Source: Candidatus Latescibacterota bacterium
GTDB lineage: Bacteria > Latescibacterota > UBA2968 > UBA8231
DNA length: 64,000 nt
Reading direction: 5' to 3'
Assembly: GCA_965221775.1 (NCBI GenBank)
Contig: CBDCSU010000006.1
Location: forward strand, 2,368,001-2,432,000
Positions 1 through 11,014 of this stretch are shown one piece after another. The stretch's first letter is position 1, and each line of letters opens with the position of its first letter. The translations under genes and the position numbers were made by a program. The notes below the pieces were generated by a model, which saw only the letters and a list, made by a program, of their open reading frames with translations, did no database searches and was not told the DNA's origin.

Positions 1-1030
1 CTGCCGGCGGGACATCGGACTGGGAGGATGGCCGCTGGTGAGCCTGGTCGAGGCTCGCGACAAGGCCTTCGAGAACCGGCGGCTCGCCCGCTCGGGCGGG
101 GACCCGCTGGCGGCCAAGCGCAAAGCCAAGATGCCGACCTTCCGGCAGGCGGCGGAGCGGACCTACGAGGCGAACCGGCCCCGCTGGCGCAACGCGAAGG
201 TCGCGGCCAACTGGATGCAGCAGTTGGATCGCCATGCGTTCCAGAGGCTGGGCGACCTGCCGGTTGACCAGATCGGCCGCGAGGATGTGCTCGCCGTCCT
301 GACGCCGATCTGGTCGAGCAAGCCCGAGACGGGCCGTCGCGTAAGGCGGCACATCAAGGCCACGCTGCGCTGGTGTCAGGCGCACGGCCTGGTGGACCAG
401 AACGTGGCCGGAGAGGCCATCGACGGGGCCCTGCCTTCGATGGCGGCGGTTCAGAAGCACTTTCGGGCCTTGCCGTACCAGGAAGTCGCCCAAGCCCTGC
501 AGGTGGTCGCGGGGTCGGGGGCCTCCCCGTCGGCCAAGCTCTGCCTTCGGTTCCTCGTGCTCACGGCCGCGAGGTCCGGGGAATCCCGCGGCGCGACATG
601 GACCGAGATCGACACCGGGGCCCGGGAGTGGCGCATCCCCGCCGACCGGATGAAGGCCGGCGTCGAGCACCGCCAGCCGCTCAACGATGCGGCGATGGCC
701 GTGCTCGAACAGGCGCGGATCCTCGACGATGGGAGCGGGCTGATCTTCCCGTCCCCGACGCGGCGAGGGCAGCCGCTGAGCGATATGTCGCTGACCAAGG
801 TGCTCCGGGACAACGGGCTCGCCGAGCGGACCACCGTCCACGGCTTCCGGTCGGCCTTCCGGGACTGGGCCGCCGAGCGCACGGATACCGATCATGCCGT
901 CATGGAGCTGGCGCTCGCGCACCGAGTCGGTAGCGCCGTGGAGAGGGCCTACGCACGGAGCGACCTGCGCGAGCGGCGCCGGGAGCTGATGGCGCGATGG
1001 GCGGCTTTCCTGGAGCCTGGTGATGGATGA
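1..1030 (+). CDS. P4-like tyrosine integrase with arm-DNA-binding domain (5' end outside window)
   Basis: Frame is open from base 2 (CRRDIGLGGWPLVSLVEAR, arm-binding motif). Catalytic motifs TAARSGE, MKAG.EH, HGFRSAFRDW and LAH...AY are present. Confidence 0.95.
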   Translation, partial: CRRDIGLGGWPLVSLVEARDKAFENRRLARSGGDPLAAKRKAKMPTFRQAAERTYEANRPRWRNAKVAANWMQQLDRHAFQRLGDLPVDQIGREDVLAVLTPIWSSKPETGRRVRRHIKATLRWCQAHGLVDQNVAGEAIDGALPSMAAVQKHFRALPYQEVAQALQVVAGSGASPSAKLCLRFLVLTAARSGESRGATWTEIDTGAREWRIPADRMKAGVEHRQPLNDAAMAVLEQARILDDGSGLIFPSPTRRGQPLSDMSLTKVLRDNGLAERTTVHGFRSAFRDWAAERTDTDHAVMELALAHRVGSAVERAYARSDLRERRRELMARWAAFLEPGDG

Positions 1031-1481
1031 AGACCTCCGCGCCTACCTGCACTACGAGGGCTCTCGTTTGGCCAACCTGCCCGCCATGTGGACCCGAGCG
1101 TCGATCTTCTCCCCCGCGGACGATCTCATTCGGGAACTCCTGGTATGGCACTACGACAGGATGGCAGATACCAAGCCCTGGGCATGGGAAGGCTTGGGCC
1201 AACTGTTGACAACCCTCCGGGCCCGCAAGGAGGAGATCCACCCACGCCTGCATTCGTGGGCCCTGGACGTCGCCAGCGGGCGACGCACCCCCCCCAGGCC
1301 AGTTGGCCGGAAAGCAAACGACGAACGCGACGCTCGATTCCTGTACGTCCTTGAAACCCTCCAAGGAAGAGGCGTCACTCGGGCAGATGCGATCAGGCAG
1401 ATAGCCCAAGAGTACCACCTCTCGACCGGGGCCGTCATCACGGCGGTCCGAAGAGCGAAGCAGGAAGGCCTTAGGGTGTGA
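1023..1481 (+). CDS. Hypothetical protein with C-terminal HTH-like segment
   Basis: Overlaps the integrase stop codon. C-terminus reads TRADAIRQIAQEYHLSTGAVITAVRR. Confidence 0.6.
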   Translation: MDEDLRAYLHYEGSRLANLPAMWTRASIFSPADDLIRELLVWHYDRMADTKPWAWEGLGQLLTTLRARKEEIHPRLHSWALDVASGRRTPPRPVGRKANDERDARFLYVLETLQGRGVTRADAIRQIAQEYHLSTGAVITAVRRAKQEGLRV

Positions 1482-1539
1482 AGAACTACCCCCTCGTTCT
1501 TCATTGGAGGGTGTGTAGAACTCCCCCCCCGATGTTCAT
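1473..1539. repeat. Two imperfect 32-bp direct repeats upstream of alpA
   Basis: agggtgtgaagaactaccccctcgttcttcat (1473-1504) and agggtgtgtagaactccccccccgatgttcat (1508-1539). Confidence 0.75.
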
Positions 1540-1601
1540 CTGGACCCACGAGAACCTATGAGGCACCTTCTCGGTACAGACCAACCATGGAGGGTGCTGC
1601 G

Positions 1602-1793
1602 ATGGAAGACAGGTTGCTGACCCGGAAAGAGGTCGAAGGGCGCATCCGGCTGGGCCGATCCGCGTTGTACCGTATGCTGAGGGCCGGCCAGTTTCCCCTG
1701 CCGGTCCGAATCGGGCCTCGTGCGGTCCGCTGGAAGGCCTCCGAGGTCGAGAACTGGCTTCAAGAGAGACCGCGGGCGGGAGGGCACAAGTAA
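1602..1793 (+). CDS. alpA: AlpA family excisionase/regulator
   Basis: RLLTRKEVEGRIRLGRSALYRMLRAGQFPLPVRIGPRAVRWKASEVENW matches the AlpA signature. Confidence 0.93.
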   Translation: MEDRLLTRKEVEGRIRLGRSALYRMLRAGQFPLPVRIGPRAVRWKASEVENWLQERPRAGGHK

Positions 1794-1961
1794 GAGCGCC
1801 GAGGCCGGCGATGAAGCGGAAAGGTCCCCCGCCCCGTGCGGGGAGGGTCAGGGTCAAGCCCCATGCCGTGACTCATCGAGGGTGAAAAGAGAAGCGGCTG
1901 GAGAAGGTTGCAGCTTCTCCAGCCGCACCACAACCCCCAAAGGTAAGGAGGGCACAGCAGG

Positions 1962-2963
1962 ATGACTGCCTCAAAGCTCGACGCTCGATCGGGCCAGGTC
2001 AAGCCGGCCTCAGATCGCAGTTCCCAAGCGACGCCAGTTCCGGCATCCCCCGGAGCCTCTCCCGTGCAGGCGCCGGTCTCCCGGAGACTGACCGATCTCT
2101 TCAGGCACTCCATCTCCGCCAACACCGCCAGGGCCTATGAGTCTGCCCTCGACCGCCTGGACGCTTGGCTGGGGGAGGGCGGCCTGACGGATTACGGTTT
2201 GGCCGAGTACCTCAGCGAGCTGTACGAGCAAGGCCGGGCCCCGGCCACCATTGCCCTCGTGGTGTCGGCGGTCAAGTTCCGCGCCAAGCTCCAGGGGACG
2301 GGCTCGCCGGTGGGGCCCGTCACCGAGCGCGCTCTGGCCGGCATCCGTCGCGCCGGCCGGGAGCGGGGCCTGGGACAGGTGGATGGCGTCGACTTCGCCA
2401 CGGCCGACGATGCGGCCGCCTTCGCCGAGAGCGATCAGAGCCTGCACGGCCTCCGCGACGCGGCCTTGATCGCGGTCGCCTCCGACGGCCTGCTGCGGGT
2501 GTCGGAAGTCGCCGCCCTCGACGTGGCCGACGTGGCCCGCGAGGGCGAGGGCGGCCTCCTCACGATTCGCAGCTCGAAGACCGACCAGGAGGGCGACGGC
2601 CACGTGCTCTACCTCGGCGAAACCACCATCCGCCGGACCACGGCCTGGACCGAGGCGGCCGGCATCGCCTCGGGGCCGCTGTTCGTCCGGGTGCGCAAGA
2701 ACGGCCTGATCGGCACGAAGGCTCTCTCGCACGGCGCCATCCGGCAGATCATTCGCACCCGCTGCCAAGCCGTGGGAGCCGAGGGCCGGATCTCGGGTCA
2801 CTCCCTTCGAGTCGGCGGCGCCGAGTCCCTGGCGGCGGGGGGGGCGTCCTTGGTGGAGATGCAGAATGCGGGCCGGTGGGATTCGCCGAACATGCCGGCC
2901 CACTACGCCAAGGGCCAGATGGCGACCCGAGGCGCCGTGGCCCGGATTCGCTACGGCGGGTAG
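1962..2963 (+). CDS. Cre/XerC-like tyrosine recombinase
   Basis: Motifs RDAALIAV..DGLLRVSE, SKTDQEG, SGHSLRVG and GRW.S..M..HY, with RBS aaggagg. Confidence 0.92.
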   Translation: MTASKLDARSGQVKPASDRSSQATPVPASPGASPVQAPVSRRLTDLFRHSISANTARAYESALDRLDAWLGEGGLTDYGLAEYLSELYEQGRAPATIALVVSAVKFRAKLQGTGSPVGPVTERALAGIRRAGRERGLGQVDGVDFATADDAAAFAESDQSLHGLRDAALIAVASDGLLRVSEVAALDVADVAREGEGGLLTIRSSKTDQEGDGHVLYLGETTIRRTTAWTEAAGIASGPLFVRVRKNGLIGTKALSHGAIRQIIRTRCQAVGAEGRISGHSLRVGGAESLAAGGASLVEMQNAGRWDSPNMPAHYAKGQMATRGAVARIRYGG

Positions 2964-3114
2964 CGGCCGGGAAGCCCCGCTCCACAACGGAGTTCGGGGG
3001 TCTGCCGCCTCATCTTGGTCGCGGTTGGCTTCCGGGGGGGGGTGGGCTCCGCTTCGGGTTCGGGGCCCCCCCAAGAGGGGCGCCACCAATCGCCGCCAAT
3101 CCACGGAACCGCCT

Positions 3115-5418
3115 TCAGGACTCCTCGAACTCGTGGTTCTCGAATCTCAGGGTGCGGCTGTTCTCGGTCACCGTGCGCACCACGTGGTCCGGTGCCCCTT
3201 CCGGGATCTCGGCGTCGATCTCTAGGGTAACCTTCACCTGGGCGCCAACCAGCCCGGCGAGGTGAGCCACTACCTCGGTTGCGACCAGGCTCGCGTCCCT
3301 CCCCACCCGTGCGGCGTCCAGGGTCACGGCGCCGTGATAGCGTCGGGCCTTCTTCTCGGGCGGCGGAGGGATCGGGGGCGTCTCATCGTCTCGGGATGGC
3401 TCCTCCTGACCGCCAGGCGCCGGCGGCGGAGGCGTCTTGGTCGACGCCGTCTCCTCATCCAGTTGCTGGCGAGCCACCGCCGGCTTGACGAGCAGTTCCG
3501 CGCTCTCGGGTAGGATCTCGGCCGAACATCCGCCCCGCAGGCCGCGGTACCTGCCGGCCGACTCGTCGTAGCTCTCGGCGAGGGCGAAGGCATCCGTTGC
3601 CCAGGTGATCTGGGCCACGCCGTCCTGGATGGCGCGCATCAGCACCTGGGGACCGCCGAGGCGAGGCAGGTACAGGTAGCGCCCGAAGTACTCCACGAGT
3701 TGCCGGATCTCCACGTGCTCTCCGCGCCACAGGGGGACATCGTCGAGGTGCTTACGGAGGATGGTGGCCCCGAGGCCCATGACCAGCAGCTCCTCCCTGC
3801 GTAACCGCCTGCTGGCCCGTTCGGCCAAGGGACCGGCCCCGGACAGACGGATTGGTTCCCAGGCGATCTCGGCATCGGGCTCCTTCTGAACTGGCACCAG
3901 CAGCCACTGATAGGTTTCTGGCAGCCGCCCCGTCACCGCGTCATCAGCCCCCTGCAACTGCGTCTGGGCCTGCCGGGCCTGATGCGGATCCAGGTTCAGT
4001 TCCTCCTTCTCTTCCAGGATCGACTTCCACGCCAGATACCGGCGCAGGGCCTCATCCAGGTCCTGGTAGCGCACGCTGTCCACAGCCAGAAAGACCAGGC
4101 TGTTGCGGAACGACCTGGGCGAATTGCCCCGCCATTCCAGGATCTCCCGGGCTGCGGCCTCCGCTGCACTCCCCGCCTCCTTGGAACAGGGACGCTCGGC
4201 GGGGAGCACCACCAGCCGCGCCTCGAGGTCGTCGGGCACGTCCGCTCCCGAGTTGGGCAGGGCGTGGATCCGCTCGAAGTCCCCGTCGGCTCGCAGGTCC
4301 TGCCTGAGCCGGTCCTCCAGCTCCCTGGCCACGTCGTCGGCGTTGCGGAGCAACTGGGCTCGGTCCTCGGCCAGCTTGGTGACCGTGGGCTGCGTCGAGT
4401 ACCACTGACGGGGACCGTCCTGATAGAGGTAGGTGGCCTCCGCCGCCAGCCGGCGCAAGGCATCGCCGAAAACGGCCGGAGATTCCCCCGGCAGGACACA
4501 CCCCAGCTTGACCCGGCCATCGTCGATGCCGCGGTGGGCCGCCGCGGTCGTGGGCGCGGAGCCGAGGTAGACCGTGCGCGCTACACGTCGCGCGGCCGAG
4601 AGCTTGCCCAGATTGGGCGCCCTCCCGTCGATGGCCACCGGCAGCGACCCCGGGCCGTCCACGTCCTTGTCGATGACGGGCGTCCAGTTGTCGGACAGAT
4701 AGCGGGTCAGTTCGTTGCGCACCCGGTCGTCGTCGATGGGGATGCTGCAGGGCAGCAGCAAGGGGTTGCGGTCACCCCTCTCCCACAGGCTGTGGATCAC
4801 GGCCGCCATGAGCCGCAGCACCCCGCGCGTGCGCTGAAAGCTGGCCAGCGCAGACCAGTCGGTGTAGAGCCGGTCGAAGACTTCGGGATGGATGGGGTAG
4901 GCGGCCTGGAGGCGTCGTTCGTAGTCGGCGCTGCGGCACTCGGCCGGGAACTCCTCCTGATGCTGCCGGTAAAGGTCCGCGAAGGCACGGGCCGTCAGGT
5001 CGCGCTGCTTGAAGGCGTCGGTGCCGGCTAGCGGCTCGAACAGCCGGCGGCGCACGATCTCGAAGCTCTCCTCGGCGCTGGCGGGCTTCCAAGGTGAGTC
5101 GACCCGGCCCAGTACGTTGCGCAGTCGGTCCAAGGCACCGCGCCCGCGCAGGCCCCCTACCTCGACATCGTCCGTCTCGGTGTAGGGAGCCCCGGAATCC
5201 CAATCGGAAACTGGCAGCGAGACCACCAGCAGGCAGTTGCCCGTGACCTTCACGGACTCGGTCAGCGCTTGGGCGAAGGTGAACTGGGTCTCGAAGCTGC
5301 CGGCCGGCAGATCGGCGTCGTCGTGCAACTGACGCGCGTAGGACACCCACTCGTCGATCAGTACAAGGCAGGGGCCGTACTCGTTCAGCAACTCCCGTAG
5401 AGCGTCCCCGGGGCTGGT
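3115..5418 (-). pseudogene. DUF499 AAA+ ATPase, 5'-truncated
   Basis: Motifs LVLIDEWVSYARQL, ESFEIVRRRLF, YPIHPE and FQRTRGVLRLMA, ending ENSRTLRF..HEFE. The N-terminal Walker A region is absent and homology starts at TSPGDALRELL (~5418). Confidence 0.85.
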
Positions 5419-6004
5419 GAGGGCTCCATCGCCGCCTCCACCTCCGCTGGCGTCGTGCCCGCGACAGGCCGATCCTCATGGGCGAATCTCCTTCTCGATC
5501 TCCGCGCGCCGGTGAACCCGCTCGTTGCTCCAAGCTGTCCAGCAGCCCCCGGAGTACCGCCTTGGACTGGGCCGACTTCTCCAGAGCCTGGATGATGGCG
5601 TCGGCCACGACCATTCACCTGCAGGACGCCTTCTTCGTGCTCGTGCATCTGGAGATCGCTGGCGAGGGCCTCGGCAAGCTGACGGACCTTGTCCTGTGCC
5701 ACTGGGTCTCCTCCGTTGAGATGTGATTCCCGGGGCGCGGGCAAGTAGCCCGTCATGGGTATCGGACGCCCGGCGATCCTTTCTCCTTTGGGTATTCCGG
5801 TGGGTCGTTACGACTTCTTCGGCGCCGGGGGCGGCGCTTTGCCCGGCCTGGGAGGATTGTTCTGCCGCCCTGGGCCGCTCTTGCGCCACGGGCTAGGTTG
5901 AATCAGTGCTCGGCCGCAGAACGGTCCCTCCCGGGTCCGGAGCAACCGGTGGATCGTCATCATCTCCACAGGCCCACAGTCGAGCAGGAGCAAGGGGAAC
6001 GGCG

Positions 6005-6241
6005 TCATTCGGATGAACATGGTCCTCTCCCTGGCCCGGCCTTGTGGCGTCGCCCGATGGATGCTATGGAGCACCCGCCCTTGAGCCGACGCTGCCGGGC
6101 CCACGGCGTCTCGACATCGTATCGACGACACAGCCGGGCGAAGCTCCGTGGGGTGATGCCGAGCGCCGCGGCGGCCTCGTGGTTCGTGCGGTAAATCCGA
6201 GCCGCCCGGTCGACTCGATCCTGGGAGATCGCTCTCTTCAT
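6005..6241 (-). CDS. Small HTH protein (paralog of 16050-16265)
   Basis: RAARIY...A..ALGIT.RSF.RLCR.Y.VETPWAR, with RBS gagga. Confidence 0.75.
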   Translation of the reverse strand: MKRAISQDRVDRAARIYRTNHEAAAALGITPRSFARLCRRYDVETPWARQRRLKGGCSIASIGRRHKAGPGRGPCSSE

Positions 6242-6681
6242 GCGGGGCTTCCTCGCGGAGCACCTTCATTCAGTCCCCGCCGTCGTAGAGTTAGCTGCTG
6301 TCCGGGAGGCCTGGGTCCACCAAGGGGAGTCCCCGGTGCTCTCGGATGTTGACGATGTTCCCCGTAGGCCTGGCCCGGCGGACAGTCCGGGCCAGGCGCC
6401 GCCGCCGTGGCCGCCGTCCGAGTCGCAGGAAACGTCGAAGATCGTCGTCTGCACCCTCTCTCGGCAAGATGTACTGGACCGACTTCGGCAGGCCTTCATC
6501 GGCACGGGAGCCCGGGCCGGTGGATCACAGGCCTTCAAGTCGTCTCTTCCTTTCCGATGTGACTACCAGACACCCGCCAGGGCCCTGACCATGTAGGAGG
6601 CGATCCACCCCCCAAGGCCTCCAAGACCCCCAGGGCGAGGTAGGTCCGGACGCCGATCAGTAAGCAGCTCCGCCATCATCC

Positions 6682-8897
6682 CTATCTCAGTAGGAGCAAC
6701 CGCCGCGTCTGTACCCCGCCCGGAACCTCCAGCCACGTCACGTACACCCCCGACGAGACCGCCGCCCCCTGCCCGTCGCGGGCGTCCCAGGCCACCCGAT
6801 GCTCCCCGGCCGCCTGGGACCCATCCACCAGCGTACGCACCGGCTGGCCCAGGGTGTTGTAGATGGAGAGCCGCACCGGGCCGGAGGCGGCCAGGCGGTA
6901 GGCGACTCGGGTGCGGCTGTTGAAGGGGTTCGGATAGTTGTCCAGCAGCGCTGTCTGCCCCGGCAGCGAGGGCGAAGCGTCAATGGCCGTCGCCAGCAGG
7001 GAGGTGACATAGGGCGACATGTCCCACAGCAGGACGGTGCCATCCCCACTGCCACTGGCCAAGGTGGTCCCGTCCGGGGAGAACGCCACCGACCAGACCC
7101 AACTCGCATGGCCTTCGAGGAGGGCGATCTGCTGTCGGCTGGCCACGTTCCACAACCGCACCGTGTTGTCCGGATCCCAACTGCCACTGGCCAGGGTGGT
7201 CCCGTCCGGCGAGAACGCCACCGACAGGACGGAACTCGTATGGCCTTCGAGGACGGCGATCTGCTGTCGGCTGGCCACGTCCCACAACCGCACCGTGTTG
7301 TCCGGATCCCACCTGCCACTGCCACTGGCCAGGGTGGCCCCGTCCGGGGAGAACGACACCGACCAGACCCCCCCCTCCGTATGGCCTTCGAGGGTGGCGA
7401 TCTGCTGTCGGCTGGCCACGTCCCACAACCGCACCGTCTTGCCCTCACCGCCACTGGCCAAGGTGGTCCCGTCCGGCGAGAACGCCACCGAAGTGACCAT
7501 ATGCGTATGGCCTTTGAGGAGGGCGGTCTGCCGTCCGCTGGCCACGTCCCACAACCGCACCGTGCGGTAGTTGCTACTGGCCAGGGTGGCCCCGTCCGGG
7601 GAGAACGCCACCGATTCGACAACGCCCGTCTGGCCTTCGACTTCGAGGGTGGCGATCTGCTGTCGGCTGGCCACGTTCCACAACCGCACCGTCTTGTCCT
7701 CACTGCCACTGGCCAAGGTGGTCCGTCCGGGGAGAACGACACCGACCAGACCCCCTCCGTATGGCCTTCGAGGGTGGCGATCTGCTGTCGGCTGGCCACG
7801 TCCCACAACCGCACCGTCTTGTCCTCACCGCCACTGGCCAAGGTAGTCCCGTCCGGGGAGAACGACACCGATAGGACGTAATTCGTATGGCCTTCGAGGG
7901 TGGCGATCTGCTGTCGGCTGGCCACGTCCCACAACCGCACCGTCGTGTCCTCACTGCCACTGGCCAAGGTAGTCCCGTCCGGGGAGAACGACACCGATAG
8001 GACGTAATTCGTATGGCCTTCGAGGGTGGCGATCTGCTGTCGGCTGGCCACGTCCCACAACCGCACCGTCTTGTCCTCACTGCCACTGGCCAGGTGGATC
8101 CCGTCCGGGGAGAACACCACCGAGTAGACCCCCTCCCTATGGCCTTCGAGGACGGCGATCTGCTGTCGGCTGGCCACGTCCCACAACCGCACCGTCGTGT
8201 CCCAACCGCCACTGGCCAGGGTGGTCCCGTCCGGGGAGAACGCCACCGAGTAGACCCCCTCCCTATGGCCTTCGAGGACGGCGATCTGCTGTCCGCTGGC
8301 CACGTCCCACAACTGCACCGTGTCCCAATCGGCACTGGCCAGGGTGGTCCCATCCGGGGAGAACGCCACCGAACGGACCCAAGTCGTACGGCCTTGGAGG
8401 AGGGCGATCTGCTGTCGGCTGGCCACGTCCCACAACTGCACCGTGTTGTCTTCACTGGCACTGGCCAGGGTGGTCCCATCCGGGGAGAACGCCACCGAAT
8501 GGACTCGATGCCAATGGCCTTCGAGGACGGCGATCTGCTGTCCGCTGGCCACGTCCCACAAGCGCACCGTGATGTCTTCACTGGCACTGGCCAAGGTGGT
8601 CCCGTCCGGGGAGAACGCCACCGAATTGACGTCGTCCGTATGTCCCGTGAACAGAGCGGTCTCGGCGCCGGTGTCGGCATCGTAGAGCCAGATGCCGAGG
8701 CTGGTGGCCACCGCCAGCCGTGCGCCGTCAGGCGAGTAGGCCACCGGTCCGTCGCCCCAACCGATGGATCCCTTGCCCAGGCGGGCGAGGGCCCCCTCGG
8801 GCAGATGCCAGCGGGTGTAGTCCTCGGCGCGGCTCTCCTGTACGAAGAGAGCGCCGACCGGTAACCAGGCGAGCATGAGCAACGAAACGGATCGCAT
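6682..8897 (-). CDS. Secreted WD40 protein (about 14 blades) with C-terminal FlgD-Ig domain; 1-bp frameshift near 7724
   Basis: Signal peptide, WHLPEGALARLGKG, 13 clear GH...SPDG...LWD repeats and NYPNPFN tail. Two ORFs join where ccc reads cc. Confidence 0.9.
7020..8650. repeat. About 13 tandem ~126-bp WD40-coding repeats
   Basis: Near-identical units containing gatctgctgtcggctggccacgtcccacaaccgcaccg. Confidence 0.95.
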
Positions 8898-8947
8898 GAC
8901 CTGTCCCTTCTTGGGCATTCGCGGTTGGATCGGAGTCCCGCTTGGTT

Positions 8948-9670
8948 TCATGGGCTTGACCTCGACAGGACGACGCTGACGGTTGCGTCGACGACGGGCT
9001 CGCCCTCTTGGATCCCTGCCGCCTTGGCATCCTCATCGACTCCTGCGTGGATGCCGTATCCCCCTCCGACCGTGACATCGATTTGCTTGTGGGTATAGTG
9101 GTACCCTATCCCTGCTTGGGACTTGTGATACTGCTTGAGCTGGACAAGCGGAAACACCATAGGATCATCAGGATCATCCGAGGCCGGGTAGTACCGGGCC
9201 TCGTTGTTGGTGACGAATCCAAACGCGATGAACAACCCGTGGCCCCGGCTGATCGGGCGCAGGAGCCGTATCGCAACGGCCATGCGCGTCCCAGTGGCCG
9301 GCACGCCCATGCCTAACAAAGCCCCGGGGTACTTCTCAATCCTGGGGAGGAATCCAACACTGAGGGAGAGAGGATCCCGGCCCACCTCCAGCGCCACCAA
9401 CCCGGATAGCGTGCTCAGGCCCGCACGTGCCCGAATCTGAACGTCTCTTCTCTCGCCAGACGGTTCTTCACCGGGGACCGAAACCTGATCGAGGGACAGG
9501 CCAGGTAGCTTCCGCTTCCCGGAGCCAGCGATCGACTGCTCCGCGGCTGCTCCGGGCCAAGCCATGAACAGCAGGCCGGCAAGAAGCAAGGGGGTACACC
9601 ATCCCCTCCGGTCGTGAAGGCTGCTCATGGCCTTGAGTGGAGGGGGGAGTCGGCGGCTATCAATCTTCAT
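8948..9670 (-). CDS. Exported, probable outer-membrane beta-barrel protein
   Basis: Signal-like segment (LLLAGLLFMAWPGAAA) followed by amphipathic beta strands. Confidence 0.55.
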   Translation of the reverse strand: MKIDSRRLPPPLKAMSSLHDRRGWCTPLLLAGLLFMAWPGAAAEQSIAGSGKRKLPGLSLDQVSVPGEEPSGERRDVQIRARAGLSTLSGLVALEVGRDPLSLSVGFLPRIEKYPGALLGMGVPATGTRMAVAIRLLRPISRGHGLFIAFGFVTNNEARYYPASDDPDDPMVFPLVQLKQYHKSQAGIGYHYTHKQIDVTVGGGYGIHAGVDEDAKAAGIQEGEPVVDATVSVVLSRSSP

Positions 9671-9916
9671 AGGTACCTCTCGGTGATGTAGTCGATGTAG
9701 TCCGGATGCTCGCCGCGGCAAACGCCTGGCCAGCCGGGCGATGACCTCCTTCCTTCGGTTCAGGGTGTCTTCGCGGCGTGCAGATCCTGAAGGGAGGGCC
9801 GGGTTGCGGGCCGTGGCGAGCCTCAGCGTCCAACCGGATCCTCCCCCTTGGCCTCCAGGCGAGTTCCACCTCCGCGCCGAGTTGCGCGGGAACTCCTGGT
9901 GGAGCCCGCCCGACCG

Positions 9917-10837
9917 TCACTCAGGCAGGGAGTAGGGATCGGCCTGGGACACATCGACCAGGTATCCGAGGTCGGCCATGGCCTGGACCGTGATGGCGCT
10001 CAGGGGCGCCGGGCGGTCCATGTCCGCGCTGGCACTCATCACCTCGTTGCCGAAGACCTCCCCCCGCCAGTGGCCGTTGCCGGTGGCCGGCACCTTCCTG
10101 CCGTCGTAGGAGCCCCCCCCGGCCGCGTCGAAGGCCTCGATGGCCAGCGGCCCCGCGAAGTGGGCGTCGCCGTCGGGCTCCTTCAGCAACTCCTCCGTCC
10201 ACGAGGTCCCGAAGCCCAGGGCGTGGCACATCTCGTGCATCAGCACCCTCTTCAGCACGTCCGCCGAGTCCGAGAGCAGCTCCTCGGCCAGGATGATGTG
10301 ACTGATCGCCGGCAGGTTGTTGGCCGCCGTCCACTGCACGAGCCCGCCCCAGGCGCCGCCGGTGAGCTCCGGGTCCGAGGTCACGATGATGGCCACGTCG
10401 TCGATCACGCGGTCGATCAGGATGCGGCCGCCCCGGGCCGTGCCCCAGTCGTAGTCTCCCTCCCTGGCGGTGTCGAAAGTGATCTGGGTGTAGTCGGAGT
10501 CCGGGATGTCGCCCACGATCACGGCCTCCCATCGTTTCGCCACCTCGTTGATCAGGGCCAGCTGCGCGTCGCTGAACCGATGCTCGGGAGGTACGAGGAT
10601 CTCGATGGAGAAGGTCCCCGGTTCCGACGCATCCGAACCCGGCCCCGGCTCCTCTACCGCTCCCGGCTCCTCGAGGGCTACCCCCGGTTCCCCGGACTCC
10701 TCCCCTGGATTGGTCTCTGGCTGCTTTGACTCATCCACGGGGGGAGAGTCGTCTCCCCCCGTGGGAGTGCTGGGCCCCTTGTCGCACGCCGTCAGGCCCG
10801 CCAGCAACAAGAGCCACAGGATCTGCGTTCTTGCCAT
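9917..10837 (-). CDS. Lipoprotein with leishmanolysin-like (M8-type) zinc metalloprotease domain
   Basis: Lipobox LTAC, HEMCHALGFG, GHW..EVFGNEVMS and ITVQAMADLGY. Confidence 0.85.
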   Translation of the reverse strand: MARTQILWLLLLAGLTACDKGPSTPTGGDDSPPVDESKQPETNPGEESGEPGVALEEPGAVEEPGPGSDASEPGTFSIEILVPPEHRFSDAQLALINEVAKRWEAVIVGDIPDSDYTQITFDTAREGDYDWGTARGGRILIDRVIDDVAIIVTSDPELTGGAWGGLVQWTAANNLPAISHIILAEELLSDSADVLKRVLMHEMCHALGFGTSWTEELLKEPDGDAHFAGPLAIEAFDAAGGGSYDGRKVPATGNGHWRGEVFGNEVMSASADMDRPAPLSAITVQAMADLGYLVDVSQADPYSLPE

Positions 10838-11014
10838 CTCTCCTCCTCCTGTTGGGCCCTGTTGGGCCGTGGAAAAGCCCGGGAGCCGAGACTCAAGTAG
10901 CCCCCCGGCTCTGGTGTGCATGGGACGAATCCGCTGTCGTTCGATCCACGGTCCTGAAGAGCCTGGGTCAGGAGCAGCCGTGGTTGTGGGAAGTTGTGGG
11001 AAGTCGAGCATCCT

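Noticed and set aside
7020-8650. Repeat arrays (also 26080-26845) as CRISPR or DGR template/variable repeats
   Set aside because: They are in-frame protein repeats with no unique spacers. I see no cas or reverse transcriptase gene, and the variation is not evidently adenine-specific.
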